From: Alloascoidea hylecoeti
Taxonomy: Eukaryota
Assembly: GCA_001600815.1 (NCBI GenBank)
Contig: BCKZ01000002.1
Location: 1,620,294-1,684,293, forward strand
Reading direction: 5' to 3'
DNA length: 64,000 nt
A program made the translations under genes and the position numbers. The notes beneath the pieces are model-generated. The model was not told the origin of the DNA. It saw nothing but the letters and a program-made list of their open reading frames with translations, and did not search any database. Below are positions 37,432 through 52,795 of the stretch, one piece after another; positions within the stretch are counted from its first letter, which is position 1, and each line of letters begins with the position of its first letter.

Positions 37432-39886
37432 TTTAATTGGGAAGGACATTACATATACTACAAACACAAACATAATAAAACAATTGCAAAAACGGAGCTC
37501 AACTTTAAGCATTCATTCAAAAATAATATATATATAATTATGACTTTTTTATATCTTTATCACATTAATAATTAACCCTACTCTCTAATACTAATACTAA
37601 TATTAATATTAATACCACACAATATATAACATTTTAATTCTTATTCATTAATTGATTTTTAAACTTCATTTTCTCGGTTACTTATTTATTTAATAGTTAA
37701 TTTTATGCCATGATTATACAAAATATTATATATCTAATTAGCTATATTTATATATGAAATATAATTGTTATTCATTCTATTTGTGTTCTTGTTTTGTTTT
37801 TTTTTTGTTTTGTTTTGATCTTTCCTTTCAACTAGTATCTTCACATATGCTTAATTATTCAATCAATAATATACAATGATAAAGTTATAATTATAAGGAT
37901 CCGGAGTATTTAAATATACATTTGGTGATTCCATATTCCGGTTTATAAATTTAAAATCATATCCTTGAATTCTCTTTATAGCTAGCTATGTTATATTAGT
38001 AATAAAGTAGTTAAGAAATTCAATCCATTCGGATTTAAATTTATTGTTGATTATAACATAACAATTATCAAAGCTTAAGCGATCGTTTGAATTTATACTT
38101 TTGGATATGATTGGAGATTGAGAATTGATCTGATCTGATAAATTAAATTCCATGCATAAACAATCAATAATAAAATTAATACGATTTATTCACGAATTCG
38201 TAATGAAAGTCACGAACCATGAATTTCGTTACCATGATTAAAGTTGAATTTTTGAGCCAATATTTAACAATTTTAGGCACTAATTTTTCTTCCTTATCTG
38301 TTACACGATTAATGATATATGCTAGTATCATCTAGTACCTAGTAATATGTAAGCTAATATAAGTTTTAAAGCTCAACTATAAAAATATTTTAGCGCTTTA
38401 AATTTGATGATTATTATGATATCTTTTTTTGTATGATTAGTTTAGATTAGATATCAATAACAATATGTAAAAACTTATTTTTTAAAATAATAATTATTTT
38501 TTGGTATAATTTAGTTTGACGTTTAACGTTTTATTTTAACAATTATTTAATATTAAAAAAATTTGAAAATTGCAATCGTATTGTTAGATGACAATGGATG
38601 TGCATTGTGCACTGTACAGTTTTTAGTATTTGACAAGAGGTCGTGCAACTTTTTGATATAATTGGTTAAATATCGATTGAAATAAATGCAGATCCGATCG
38701 CCCGTTTACATCAATACTCGACCTTAGTGAATTTAAATTTCAACAATCTCTATAATGAATTAAGTGTTTGTGTTGTGATCGAAATCGTTTAATAAGATCA
38801 AGATCAAATACTATCGAGCACGAACTAATTGCAGAATTATGTATATAGCTATAACTGATAAACTACCTGCTTTGTTTAATAATCCTGAAAACTTGAAGAA
38901 AACCGTTATTCGTTTCTGTATATATATAATTAATAAACAATGCTTAATTGTTACTCATGTAAGTAACTTATAACTGTCTGAAAACCTGAGTTTGGTGTAT
39001 GCTTATGAGCTATTTTACCGTGACTTATAGGCCTCTGGCTGGTTTTATTGATGATATATCACATTATCCAATTCAACTAATACATATTATAATCGATCAT
39101 AGCTACAGCGTCGGCAATAGTAAAAGCAAGATATCAATCAACTATAAGTGATATATACCTCATTGTAGAAGTAAAAATAAGGTAAGAAGAGTTTCAAGTT
39201 AAAAGAAAACCATATCCCCATTGAGATAATTCAATGTTTTGACGGACAAAAAGGTGGCCGAATATTTAATGCAAGGTGGTTTAAACTAAAATGAGATGAC
39301 TGAGTTGAATCATTATTACATCATGTGGCCGAATTATTAACTTAAAATGTGGGCGAATATAGGTCAACAGATGGTCGATATTAAGGTAAAACATTGTAGT
39401 GTATCAAGCAATTATCGCATTTATATCAAATTTAAATGTCAATATACTATAAACGCATAAGTGCATAGCTATAATCTTGCTACTGAGTTTATAATCAATC
39501 GTAGAATTTAAAATTACTATATTATATCGTTGATAAAAATGGAAGTCTTATATTGAATGAATTAAAGTTAAAATAAAGAAAAAATGTAAAATAAATTGCA
39601 AAATCAATAACTTATAAGGTTATGGCATATATCGCTCCATCGGGTCGTGGTCCCGAGTGTGATTATGTTAAATGGCAAATAAATATAAATGAGTGGTTTG
39701 TTGAAACTTAATGATAAAAGGCGGATCAAATACTCATTATTTTACACCTCTTATTGAAACAAATCATACAGATGATTGAATTTTTTATTGGATTATTTTC
39801 TGTTATATATGAGTGTCACTTGAAGGTCTCTATTTTATTATTCTTCTTGAGATAAAATTTTCAATTTTTTTACGATTATTTGAATA

Positions 39887-40636
<750 letters not shown>

Positions 40637-41139
40637 GTTATGAATTTTTGATGTTTTTTTTTTAAAAAATTAATTTACATGCAGATGGTACCGACGGCTA
40701 CCAGCCCAAAATTGGTTCATTTCAACCAGAAATTGTAATACCAGTAACAAATAAAGTATTACGAAAATTCAATTAATGTCATAATTCTGATAATACATGT
40801 TTGATATTTTTTGTAAATCTTGTTGTGGTGTGAACGTTCTTCCACGATTTAGCGTATTGAGCTCAGAACTCATCAACTCCAATTGTAAAACGCAATTTTA
40901 AGCATGCCACCATTAGTTGGAAAGTGCTATTTGGAAATCTTATCATGTATCTAAGTCCATAGAATAGTCTACTGTTTCTTTAATTCGAACACCGTAGGGA
41001 AGGAAAAATGAGAATCGATGTGACCTATAAATATGTTTGGTCGACCACAAAATGCTAAAAAAAGTTGCAACTTAAAATTTTTTCCTCTTTTCACAACCAC
41101 ACAATGAAACTTATAATGACTGTAAATAGCGGTAAGAAC

Positions 41140-41560
41140 ATGTTCATACTCTCTGCTGTTGAATGATTTTTAAAAAGCAAGTAGTTGTCGTAAAAGAAAG
41201 TTGCCAAAATATTTGGTATCTCAAGTTCAAGTCTTCACGATCACTTCCATGATAAATTATCAAGAAAAGATGGAATGTGTATGTAAAACTATCTATCTAC
41301 TCCTGAGGAGGAGTAGGACCTTGTTCGGAGACTTTTGGCTTTGTGTATAAATGGTTGTACTCACAATACAATGTGCTTTCATGAGCTATATGATGAGTTA
41401 ATTATGGAGCATGTGAAAAAAAATCTCAAACAGAAAACTCTCCAATTAAGCTTTATCACTCCCAGATCTACCATAAACTGATCATTGAAATAAATCACTG
41501 ACTTGTTTATGATGAAAATATAAAGTTCGGAGAGGTTTGGGTAAGTCAAACGAGGTAGAA
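41140..41560 (+). mobile_element. pogo/Fot1-like transposase N-terminal relic
   Basis: KVAKIFGISSSSLHDH (psq-type HTH), then YLSTPEEE*DLVRRLLALCING and FGEVWV (CENP-B-type HTH); in-frame stops. Confidence 0.5.
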
Positions 41561-42262
41561 GAGTGAAACTTTATTATCGAAACCATAAAAAAACACAATA
41601 TTTACATAAAAATATCATATATATATATATATATTATAAGAACTATAAGATTAGGTAGAGTTTAGTAATACTATTTTTAATCATTTATATTTATTGCTAG
41701 TTTTGCAAAAAAATTGTGGTTTGATATGTAACAATTTTGTGAATCCCGGTAGCCTTTAATCTACGGTTAGCCTTTCTTGTTAAAGGCAATTATCACTTTA
41801 TATATGTCTGTAACTAAGCAAATTAGTTGCTTCTTTAAATGGAATATTAGCTGTCTCTAATGTAATTACATTCCGGAAATGTATTACTGCTATCTTCTGT
41901 CATAATTATAAGGTATATTAATGTATAAGATACACTTTCATATCATCAATATCTAACCTAAAAGCTTGAATGATCCAAAATTTATAGATCACAACAAACA
42001 CTAGTTGGTCATAAAGCAAAAACAAAAATAAATACAAACAAAAACATTTCCAAGGTCGGAGTCGGAATAAGTCACAATTGAAAAATAAATCATATATAAT
42101 GAGTTATAAGAAGTAAAGTAGTAATTATTTTAATCAGAAATGTATCGGAACTTCAAAAACTAGCAATTTGATTATATAAGAAATTCCAGATTTCAAAATA
42201 ATTGAACAAGAATACTACAATTTTTATCAATCCAAAAGATATAGATCGATTGCATGAGTTGG

Positions 42263-42618
42263 TGAAGTTGTTTGATTGTTATATACAGCTGTTTAATTTA
42301 TATTGATATCCTTTTTGACTGTTTGCAGTTTGCTTGAGAATTTTCAACAAAGTAAAAGTGTCTCTGGCGAATGTTTGTGATCTTTAACATTATCCTTTTT
42401 TTTTGCCTTTGGGGCTTAAAATTCTTGAGGAGTTGTAGCTCTGAAATTGTTTTTACTACAAGACACTTTTTTAGTTCAGAGATGATATGTAAACGAAAGA
42501 AAACAAACATTCGCCAGAGACACTTTTACTTTGTTGAAAATTCTCAAGCAAACTGCAAACAGTCAAAAAGGATATCAAAATAAATTAAACAGCTGTATAT
42601 AACAATCAAACAACTTCA
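42263..42618. repeat. Near-perfect long inverted repeat: arms 42263-42378 and 42503-42618, 124-bp spacer
   Basis: Block-by-block comparison gives 115/116 complementary bases; this explains why the opposite-strand ORFs share TNIRQRHFYFVENSQANCKQSKRIS. Confidence 0.97.
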
Positions 42619-44609
42619 AATACTTCCTTCAGAATCTACATTGAATATCCATTAAATAATTAAATACGTGATCAGCTACTATCGTAATTTTTTTCGTTAA
42701 ATTTATATTTTGGTTTCATTGTATTTCTTGAGTAATTAATTACCAATATCTTGAACAAGCACAATGACCGGTCACTAAGACTTATATGTAGCTACGTACA
42801 CATTGATAACTTCAACCTCAGGCAGCTAAACATACAGTAACTAGGAAACTAGACTCCCACACCAGGGGAGGCGTGGTGTACAAAATTTACTAGTACAAAT
42901 AGATTCAGGGTTATCATAATATTAAAATTTCATGTTTATATATATTAATATATGAAGTTTTTTGGTTATCGTGTATAATGGGGTGGAGGTGTCCATCCCG
43001 TTCGTTTCATTCTGATCATTTATATTATAATCAGACAAATCTTACAATCATAAATAACCGTTTTCTATTTTTTTATCTTTTATTTAATATACCCTCAGCG
43101 GTGTCTGTTGTTTGGCTTCATTAACTTCTAGACTAACTAATTCCCCTCGGACCTAATTCATCAATATTTCCCAATTATTACGTAGTTGGATCTAATAGAA
43201 GTCGTTAAAATACAGTTTTTTTGAAATTATTTTAGGCCACGGCAGTGTATGCTCAATCTAATATTTTATTCAGCTGATAACATTTCCAGATACGGTGAGG
43301 TAGGTGTAGGTAACTTCCACATACAAAAAAACCCCAATTGTAAATTTGCAATACAGATCTTTAGTAGGTTACAAACTTATACAATAACCATAAATCCATA
43401 AAAATACATCCCCGATGTTCATTACTCAATGCAGCCATATGATTTAAATTGTTGACTGATTACAATAAATAATCACCTTACGCTTCAGTATAAAAAGTAT
43501 AAGATTTAATAGCCAACACCTTGGTTATAAAATAAGTTCCGCTTTTATTTTTATCTCTATTTTTTTATGTCTTAAGCTTCGATTAATTGAAATTTGTTAA
43601 CGTTACAATATTAATTAGTTGATGATAATGATGACCATTTAATGAATATAACAAGTGTACTAATATAAATATTGTGCGGGAAAATTATAATGATAATATT
43701 AATGTTAAGGGTAGGGTGATGAATTTGGGGGATTTGTTCTATTATGCATCTTGACATTACAATATAGGACTAATAGGTCAGCGGCTGGTGGAACTCCTAA
43801 TTATATCTAACCTTAGGGAGATGGCAGGATATCTTCCGTTGGTCTAGAATCTAGATTGATAACTTTTTGATTGTCTAGTACTATCTAAGATTGTAGACTA
43901 TAATGAACTAGTTACGTATCAATCTTGTCGTTTATCAAAACTAATTAGCAATCAACATATAGCTAGTTAAAGATATGTAAGTAGAGTTTATCAATAATGA
44001 TTCAATATTAATTTCATTATACGATTACAAAATATATTATAATTACGTTAGTTGCAATAAGTGTAATCATATAATTAGAGAGCGTAAACCTAAAATATAT
44101 ACAACTGCAAAGCTTTAAAGAAATATCAAATATATAAGATTTAAGTGAAACCCCTATTTTAAAAGTATACTACTATATAACTAAATTCTAGAAATCAAAA
44201 TATTTTTTCAAAAAAAAGTATAGGTAAAAGTAGAGTAATTAGTGCTATAAATAAAAATGTTATTTTTTAAAGTAAATTGTAATTGTAGATTATCCAGTTA
44301 GTTGGTGAGCCAAAATCAAACATATTAGCAATAAGAAATGAAAAGTAACAATAACAATAGCAATATTTAATGATATGTAAAAGAAAGTAAATTTAAAGTA
44401 AATAATCTAATTCATCTCTAGAAACTTTTTACTTCAGTTTTGAAATACATTTTTTTTCTGTTATATCGATATCTTTTATTCGTAAAATATACCCCCAAAA
44501 ATCAAACAAATCAGAAAAAGAAAAAGTACAAGCCCTGCTAGATAGCAATAGCAATAGGCAGTTTAGTATATAGTTTTAAAATTTATGGTAAACTCGGATG
44601 TGTTTTTTT

Positions 44610-45946
44610 TTAGAAAATATTTCTTCTACTTCTTCGTTGTCTTTTAACACCATTTAAGTCATCAACACCAATGATATTCTCAGAAATAATATTACCAGAT
44701 ATTCTTCTTATACCACCGCATGTATTTAAGCCAGTGTCTGAATATTGTTGTCGCTGTTGACCCAAAATTATTGCCTTTGCTGCTTCTTTACCCTTCTTTT
44801 TCACTAATTTGGCATGAAATAAACCACATGCATTACAAAGTGTACGGGCTCCATTGGGCCCTCGACGCCATTCGGGAGTTTCTGTCACTCCACATCGTTG
44901 GCACCGTAGTCTTGTGCCCCTGGTGTTCAGTTTGTAACGTGGATTGGTACCTATAAGAGAATACGGAGTTGCGCATCCATTAACGTTGTGGGTATAGTCT
45001 TGGAAAAGAGAAGGTTGCATCTGTTGTTGTTGTTGTTGTTGCATGAGAGGATAGTTATGATAGTTGCCATAAGGCTGTGGGACAGTGGACGATACATGAG
45101 ATGTGTAACCGGACATTGACATTGCTGAATAGTATTGTGGCTGTTGACAACTACCAGTTGCATTTGCATTTGCATTTGCAGATGCAGGATAAGAGGATAT
45201 ATTTGAATGTGAAAAATAATCAGTGGGCTCTAAATTTAAGGAAGGCCCAGTCCCGGTTCCAGGCATACTTTTCGATCTTGGAATATTACTATTGCAGGTA
45301 TTATGAAACGTATTAGTGCAATTGTACGATCTTCCAATTGCAAGATCACTTTCTTGTTGAGGCGTCGGTAGAGACCGTGAGAAAACTTGTTGGTTGACCA
45401 TCAGTGAAGATGGATTAATCTGCGGAACGGGAGAAGGCATTTGCGACATAAACTTGGAATCATTTAGGACAGAATCAAGAGATGGAACGGAAGGTGAAGG
45501 ATATTGTTTAAGCATTTTTGCGCTTCGGGGATAGTTGGTGTCCCATTCTTCACTATAACTGCGTTTTCTATAAGATCCCGTACTGCTACTGCTGCCGTTA
45601 TTGTTGTTGGAATAAAACCGGTAATTATTATAAGAATCGGCTTTACTTTGCGGCTCACGTGTCACGGAGTCAACATTAATACCTGGGTTAGAAGTTGGAG
45701 ATCTGGACTCAGATCTTGTTCCAGATGGTGACGGCGATAGAGTCTGCTGAGTATATGCATATTCATGGTAGGGCTGAGATGTGATTGACGATATAGGAGG
45801 GAGTCTGGAGGAAAGAAAAAAAAGTTAACGCTATGTTATGGCCATTAGTGATATCAATATGACACATACCTAACTACCTGGTCATTCAAAGTTGTTGTGA
45901 GAGAGGGCTGTTTAAAGCCGAAATCGTTCATAACTAGAGCCGTCAT
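44610..45946 (-). CDS. BRG1: GATA zinc-finger transcription factor, Brg1/Gat2 type; join(45946..45870,45804..44610), ~423 aa
   Basis: CQRCGVTETPEWRRGPNGARTLCNACGLFHAKL; 65-nt GTATGT..CAG intron gives MTALVMND..QVVR|LPPISS; long upstream intergenic region. Confidence 0.85.
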
Positions 45947-48900
45947 ACCGTAAGATAGCTTAAAAGACTATATAAAGCTGTGACAATTGAAATAGCTAAA
46001 GAATGAGAACCGGAGAAAATGAAGGAGGTTTACGAGTTTATATATATTCATACCCCACAGAAGCGTACGTAACATAAGTTTATATTAAAAAAGTTATATA
46101 ATAAATAAAACCTTTGAAGGGCCTGGTACTGATAAAATAACAAGTGTACTGGGCATATGTCAAACGAGCCAAAATGGATATATTATTATTATCATATATT
46201 ATATCTTTTTTGTTCACGAGACAACATTCGTACTTTATATTTTGTCACTTTCCTTTTTAATTAATTCTGGATAATAATATGTATGCAAGTATTCTTAAAG
46301 TATAAGTTCAAGCTTTAAATTTAAATTTATCTTTATTTTCAGTTTCTTGTTCCACCTCTTTTTGATGTTGCGGATCTAGGCGACCAATCGCAGGTTTACC
46401 TTGGTTCATGAAACAATATAATGTTCATATTTCATGATATTTTGTTTTCTATTTTAAACAAATATAGCCTGCTTTTAACCTAAAATCGTCTATATGCTCA
46501 ACCTCATCGATATTGCTAATATTGTCTATCCCTTATTATAATCAATTTGTCTTGGATTGACATTCTGGGCGAATGTTTGAAAATCTTATAAATTTATCAT
46601 CGATCGTACAAACCCAAACACAACCACCTCATAATCGCGAATTCGCGATCGTCACACGGCCGAGCATCCCGGCACCTTACCCAATCTACAGTTATTTCCA
46701 TAATTACCCATAGCATTCAGCATCAAGCTCAAAATTAAGAATATATAAGCTCGGTATGGCGTACCTGATTATGTTATATTTCCCTCGGCATGCGTTACTC
46801 ATCAGTTTTACTTTCACGATATATCAATATAATATGTAAGATGACCTGTGCAGGACTAGTTATAAATATTTCCAAACCTCCGAGTAATCAAAAGGGTCAC
46901 TATTAATAGTTGTTTTGGAGGACTAGTTCTTCTTGGCTAGTAATAGTCTTAGGCTCTTAGTAATTAACTGTTTGTTACAACAAGTTGGTTGTCAGCCATA
47001 TCAGCATAGCACGGAACAATGGAGAATATTATTATACCTAATTATAATGTTACCAGAACATTAAGATATCGTAAATTTAAAAAATCTGAAAGCCATTTAA
47101 ATTAATCTGGTAAGGTGAGACAAACATTAACTTCTATCCATGTTAAGTTCGGGTATAAATTATTTAGATTATATTATTTCAAAAATTTTTCTTTTCCGGG
47201 TTAAGCATCTATCATGACTTTATTAAAAAGAAAGTTAATGGGGAAAATAAACCATCATGCTGATAAAAAATAATAATTAACTGTTTAAATGATGAACAGA
47301 TCCCGAAAGAATTTTTTACTTACACTCCCTATAATATTTTAATTATATATATATATATATATTATAATAATCCATAGTCGTATCATGACTAACCACTAAT
47401 CACTATGATTAATAATAATAACCTATATATAGCAAAAGCTTTCATTAAACTATTTTAAAAGAACTATTATTTCTCATCCCCTTATATAAATTATATTATT
47501 TATGTTTGGAAATTATGTCGTAAAAAACATTAATTGGCGTTTATCACACATCTCAATGAGGCTATCATTATACCCATATTAAGAAGTATTAATCTAATTT
47601 ATTTAATTATACCGTCTGGCAAATATCTTTATTGATATTATAATTATTAATTAGATTTTAAATTATTTTTTTCTTTCCTTTTATATTGATTATTCTAATA
47701 TTAAATATATTGTTAATCATTATTATAAATCTGTTAATTTTCATCTTTAAATCTAGATCATTTTAATTGATTATTTTATAATAGCATTTTTACCTCGTAA
47801 ACTAATTTCAAAATTTAATATATTAAATATTAATATTGCAGTTGCAACTTTCTATATATTTTTATGTTGCAATTGTATTTGCTATTGATACAACATAAGA
47901 CCATAGCTATAGAATCATGATTCATAAATCATGATAAATAGATGCAAAGATACGTTTATTCATGCAGAACTACTTAGAGCGCTAAACTATGGATATTTAT
48001 GCCAATTGTAATCGGATGTTAATGTTATAGACATCTGATGAACTGCGTATATTTAACGCTATATATAAGATGCATTATATACCCATGGCCATATATATAT
48101 GCATATGAGATTCAAGGAATTTTGAGAAAAAAACTGAAACAAAACAGAAAACTGGTTCTAAACGTTAACTCAATTAATACTGGAGAAGATGTGTGTTATT
48201 TCTATAATAGGCAATAGACTTGGGAATCAGCTCATTCATTGGATGTATAGTAGTGTATACGGAGTAACCCATCGGATGCAGATGACCATTCATCATTAAG
48301 AAGATTCTCGACCAGAATGACGGAGAGATGTATGGAACATGAGGAAGAAGAGTCAGCCTCGGCTCCGGCCGACCATTTAATTTGGCAAACGTTTATGTGA
48401 TGCAATAATAAATGCATTCACAAGGTTTTATCTAGATGCTTATAATTAAGCTTATAGCTAAAATTAAACTAGATGAGTTGGACTTAAAGAAATATACTTT
48501 GATCAATTAAACCAACTACTAATGAGTAAACTGAGAAGCAAAACTTCGGAGCACGATATTGTGTTAAGTTAAGAATATCTAATTTCGTGTACATTTGCAA
48601 TTGTGTGGTATCGTTATGGTATATCAAATTGTCAATTGTAGGTCCACAGTTGAAAATTTCAATTACAATTGCAACTAAAACTAAATGCTGACTGAGCATA
48701 CACGCATAATTATTAGATAAAACGGTTATTATGCATATTTTTTTTAGCAAATACAACCCAATGAATATCAAACATGACCAATTGTAAAGGCGAATTATAC
48801 CAGATATTATGAATACTAACAGTCACTTTCAACTATACAACTTTTAATTACTACCCATATCATTGATATATTATAAAATATTGAGTTGATCAGCTTCAGA

Positions 48901-51456
48901 TCAATATCGTTGCGAGTCTAAATAAATATTATGAAAAAATCTCATTTACATGCTGCTTTATAATTATCATGCAGAGGCAAGTCAAAATATTCTTTAAGAA
49001 ATCGTAATACAGCTGCAACACAACCTGCAACATTGTTGTGTTACTTTGTGATCGAATTCTTTTCTTATTCCATATAGTTATGTAATTTTGAACTTTTATA
49101 TATTATAGATTTAACATTTTTAACATTAAACTCATTGTAATATTCAAATTTGCCTAGCAATAGCAGATGTAGGTACTGGTTGAATTTGCTTTAAGACTGT
49201 GTATTCAATTCAATGTTTCACAATCCATTCGTACTCTAATCACATAGCTAACTCTTTAATCAATTACATTATTATTAACTAGACACAACTAGCTATTTAA
49301 TCAAGAACTTATAATTGTAAAGCATTATAGTTTCATCTCATGATATGATATACAGTGTTACGTAAAGTAATTATATATTACCCATGGTATACTTTACTTT
49401 AGGTGCTGGACCAGCATCTTCACACATCATAACTATAATATTATTACTAAAATTATTTGGATCTGAACACTTCTGCATATAAGCTAAAGTTATAGCTGGA
49501 AATAGCTAGCTATATTTAGGCATTGATCATGATCATGTTCAATTCAATTGAAATGGCATCTAATGCAACTAACTAATGGAAATATGAATTGTGCTTGAAC
49601 ATAAATTATAGCTATAGGACTCATAGCCTCTCCAATGAGTCTCCATATTAAACTTAACTTCAAAATTGCATTATTCAATTGATCACGAAGGTTGATATTA
49701 GTATATTAATGTAAGTCTGACACCTACAATTTCAAGTTTGACTATTAGAACTTTCCGTATACTCATAATGATCTGCAGCAGTTACAGCCATTAATTTCAT
49801 GATGATATGATTTTACATACAAGTTTATATAACTCTCCAACTGAAAAACTTCATTTACACATTATTAAATATATTAATATTAATGTAAGCAGGTTTTTGC
49901 AAAACCATTATATCCATCACCTTTACATGTAAATATGCAATATACATTTAAATTCAATCTTCATAAATTATGTTTTTCCAAATTTTAGTTCTCTAGATTA
50001 GTCATTTCTTTGGATTAATCTAGATATATTCAGGCGAAAATCTATAATATAATAATATGATTGTATATATATTTATATATATAATCGTGAGATGTCAATT
50101 GTTAATTTGTTATTATCGTATATAATACTTTTTTATAGAACTAATTCCACGAATCTGTAAATAAATAATACCAGTATCGATCGATCGTAAAAAGGTAAAT
50201 CCAAGATTCTCTAAAAGAATCTCCACGTGAAGCTTAAGGTCCAGGCTACAAATCACAAATAGCTTTATATATCTAACAAATTTAAATAATATTACTATTG
50301 ATTAGATGTCAGTCGTCATCATGATCATATTTATAATTAATTGTGTGTATAAAAATTTCTTCCATATTTAATATTTTAACTTTTTGTTAAGAAAAATGTT
50401 TTGAAGCTCTTCGATTTCAACAATTACCATTGAGTAAGCGTATAATGCCAATATATCAACATTAATTACGTATATGTTATTAAGATTAAGATCAATATTA
50501 ATAATATTCGAATTGAAGACATATGGGAAAATCAAATGGGATAGTTTAAAATATGATCAAATTAATATTTCTAAAACATATATTCCATGGCCATATATAA
50601 TTATTAATATGTATCTCCGATATATCATCATTCTCCATATTTGTCAAGTTTTTAGATCTAAACGTTCGTGAATAATAATAATAAGAAGAATTATTCTATC
50701 TTAATTTTAATACATCCTATAATTTCTCTAATTTACGATATCAATAACAATATTATTTATATACTTGCATATATGGATTTTCTTTTTTAAATCATCATTT
50801 TTAAATCTAAATTTAATATTGTTCTAACAATTCTTTCTTCCAAGTTAGGAACTTATTTGAGGGGGAACAAGATATCGATAAAGGATTCCGAATTTTAAAA
50901 AAATATATTTGAGATTGTAACTTTTCCCGACACCAGGCTCAAAAATCATCGTGATGGTATTAAATGCAAAATTATATTTGTTAACATTGAAGGACTCCGA
51001 TGAACAAATATCGATATCCAGATTTAGAATACCCGTCAATAACCTATAAGCTATAAACTTGAATCACACGAGAAGGTCTACTTGTAACCGACCACAGTTT
51101 CAAGTTATAATTTTATAGAACACTTAAGGGTCAAATCAAAGAATATAGAGAGCATATGCATTCATGATCATCTTCAGCTCCTACATTAGCATCATTATGA
51201 TCAGACTATAGCTATTAATACTCACTTTTGAGATTACCATGTTATTATATTTACTCCATGATAATTGAAAAATATGCACAAATTTATAAGTTGTATATTG
51301 TTAAACAAGCCATATTAATATTGAAGACAATGACATCTATTTACAAGCAAGCAATGAAAGTAGTCAATCAAAAATAATATCATTATCATTCATGACAACA
51401 ATAATCACTCCTGAAAAATCATATGGTAATTAATTAATCTTAAACAAGTAGTGTTT

Positions 51457-51874
51457 TTAAAATCTAAGTTTTTTTTCTGTTAGTATTTTGTGTATTATAG
51501 ATTTGTGATTATGATAAATTAGTAGCTGAGAAATACTTACTGAGGTGCAAGATTATCCATCAATGATGATTGAATAAAAGCAATTCCAGCCTGGATATAT
51601 AAAATAAAAGCGTTAGAATGAAAATAAAAATAAATATAGGTACCCCCAATTAGGTCCTTTGATCTATAAATCCTAATAATCCAATATTAAGAGTCCAAGG
51701 TTAAGCTTGGTCTCCTTTGTAGACAGTCCATCCATTTCAACTTACAGCAAATAATCCAACATTGACAATGACTGTAAATGCTGGAGTCTCTTTAAATGCC
51801 TGAAATGATGCAGCAAAAGAATTTGATGGTGGTGAAACTGGTTGCTTTTCTGTTGCTTGAATTTGGAAAGACAT
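51457..51874 (-). CDS. TOM6: Mitochondrial import receptor subunit Tom6; join(51874..51746,51590..51541,51463..51457), 61 aa
   Basis: MSFQIQATEKQPVSPPSNSFAASFQAFKETPAFTVIVNVGLFA|AGIAFIQSSLMDNLAPQ|F matches yeast Tom6 (FQAFKESP..AGVAFIQSPLMDMLAPQL); extra 5'UTR intron 51966-51876. Not in the ORF track. Confidence 0.88.
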
Positions 51875-52795
51875 CCTAATAAAATATTGAAACTTCCATA
51901 TTAGTCATTCTTACTGTTCTTACTCCAAATAAATGCATTCCTTTCGTTTCAATGATCAACACATACTTGATTTTATCTATTGCTTTAAATGTATTGAAAT
52001 TTACTTACTTATTTTTGAGTGGTGCAAAAGCAAAATTCAGATATGTCCGTGATTCCATTTACACACCTATTCCTAATATTACGCTCCGCAGGAACTGCAA
52101 ACATATTACGACAGTTTACTGAATTCATGTTGTTCCAATTTTGAGAGTTCAAAGTATAAAATTTTTCATATATCAAATTCATATATAAAGTAGATTAAAA
52201 CAAAGTTCCCTGAGCCCATTTTAATTATTGTGTAGTTGTTTTCTATTGTTTGTGTGTGTTTAGTCTGTCTACAAAGGGCCGAAGTTAAGTGGTTTGACAC
52301 TTGAAAATTGTGTTTGGTATCCAATAGTGTTCCAATTAATTTTTCAACAGCATTACTTAAATTCCTTCCGAAAATTATAATTACCGATGACATTATAATC
52401 TGTTTTGATTAATGTATTCACTGAAAGGAAGACCACCTGGCCCGTTAGAAATGCCAATATGACTGGTGTCACTTCTCGACTACGTTTAAAAATATTTCAA
52501 AAATATTCTTGAAAAGTTTTTTTTCTTTTGTAGCTGTTTAGCATATTTGATTATAGAGACACTATTTACATACTCATTATGAGTGTTGATTTGGTCTTAG
52601 ACATTTTCATTTTAGACGCTCGAAACCAGTTTTTACCTACTCCCTTGGATTCTTAGGAGTTCTAAATTTAAAATTAGTTATAGTTCATTAAAACAAAAAG
52701 AATTCGGCCTATTCATCTTGCAAATATATCTCTTCCATAACAACATGGTCACTTAATGACTGATCTTTACGAATGAAATTCATAGGTAATCTGTA

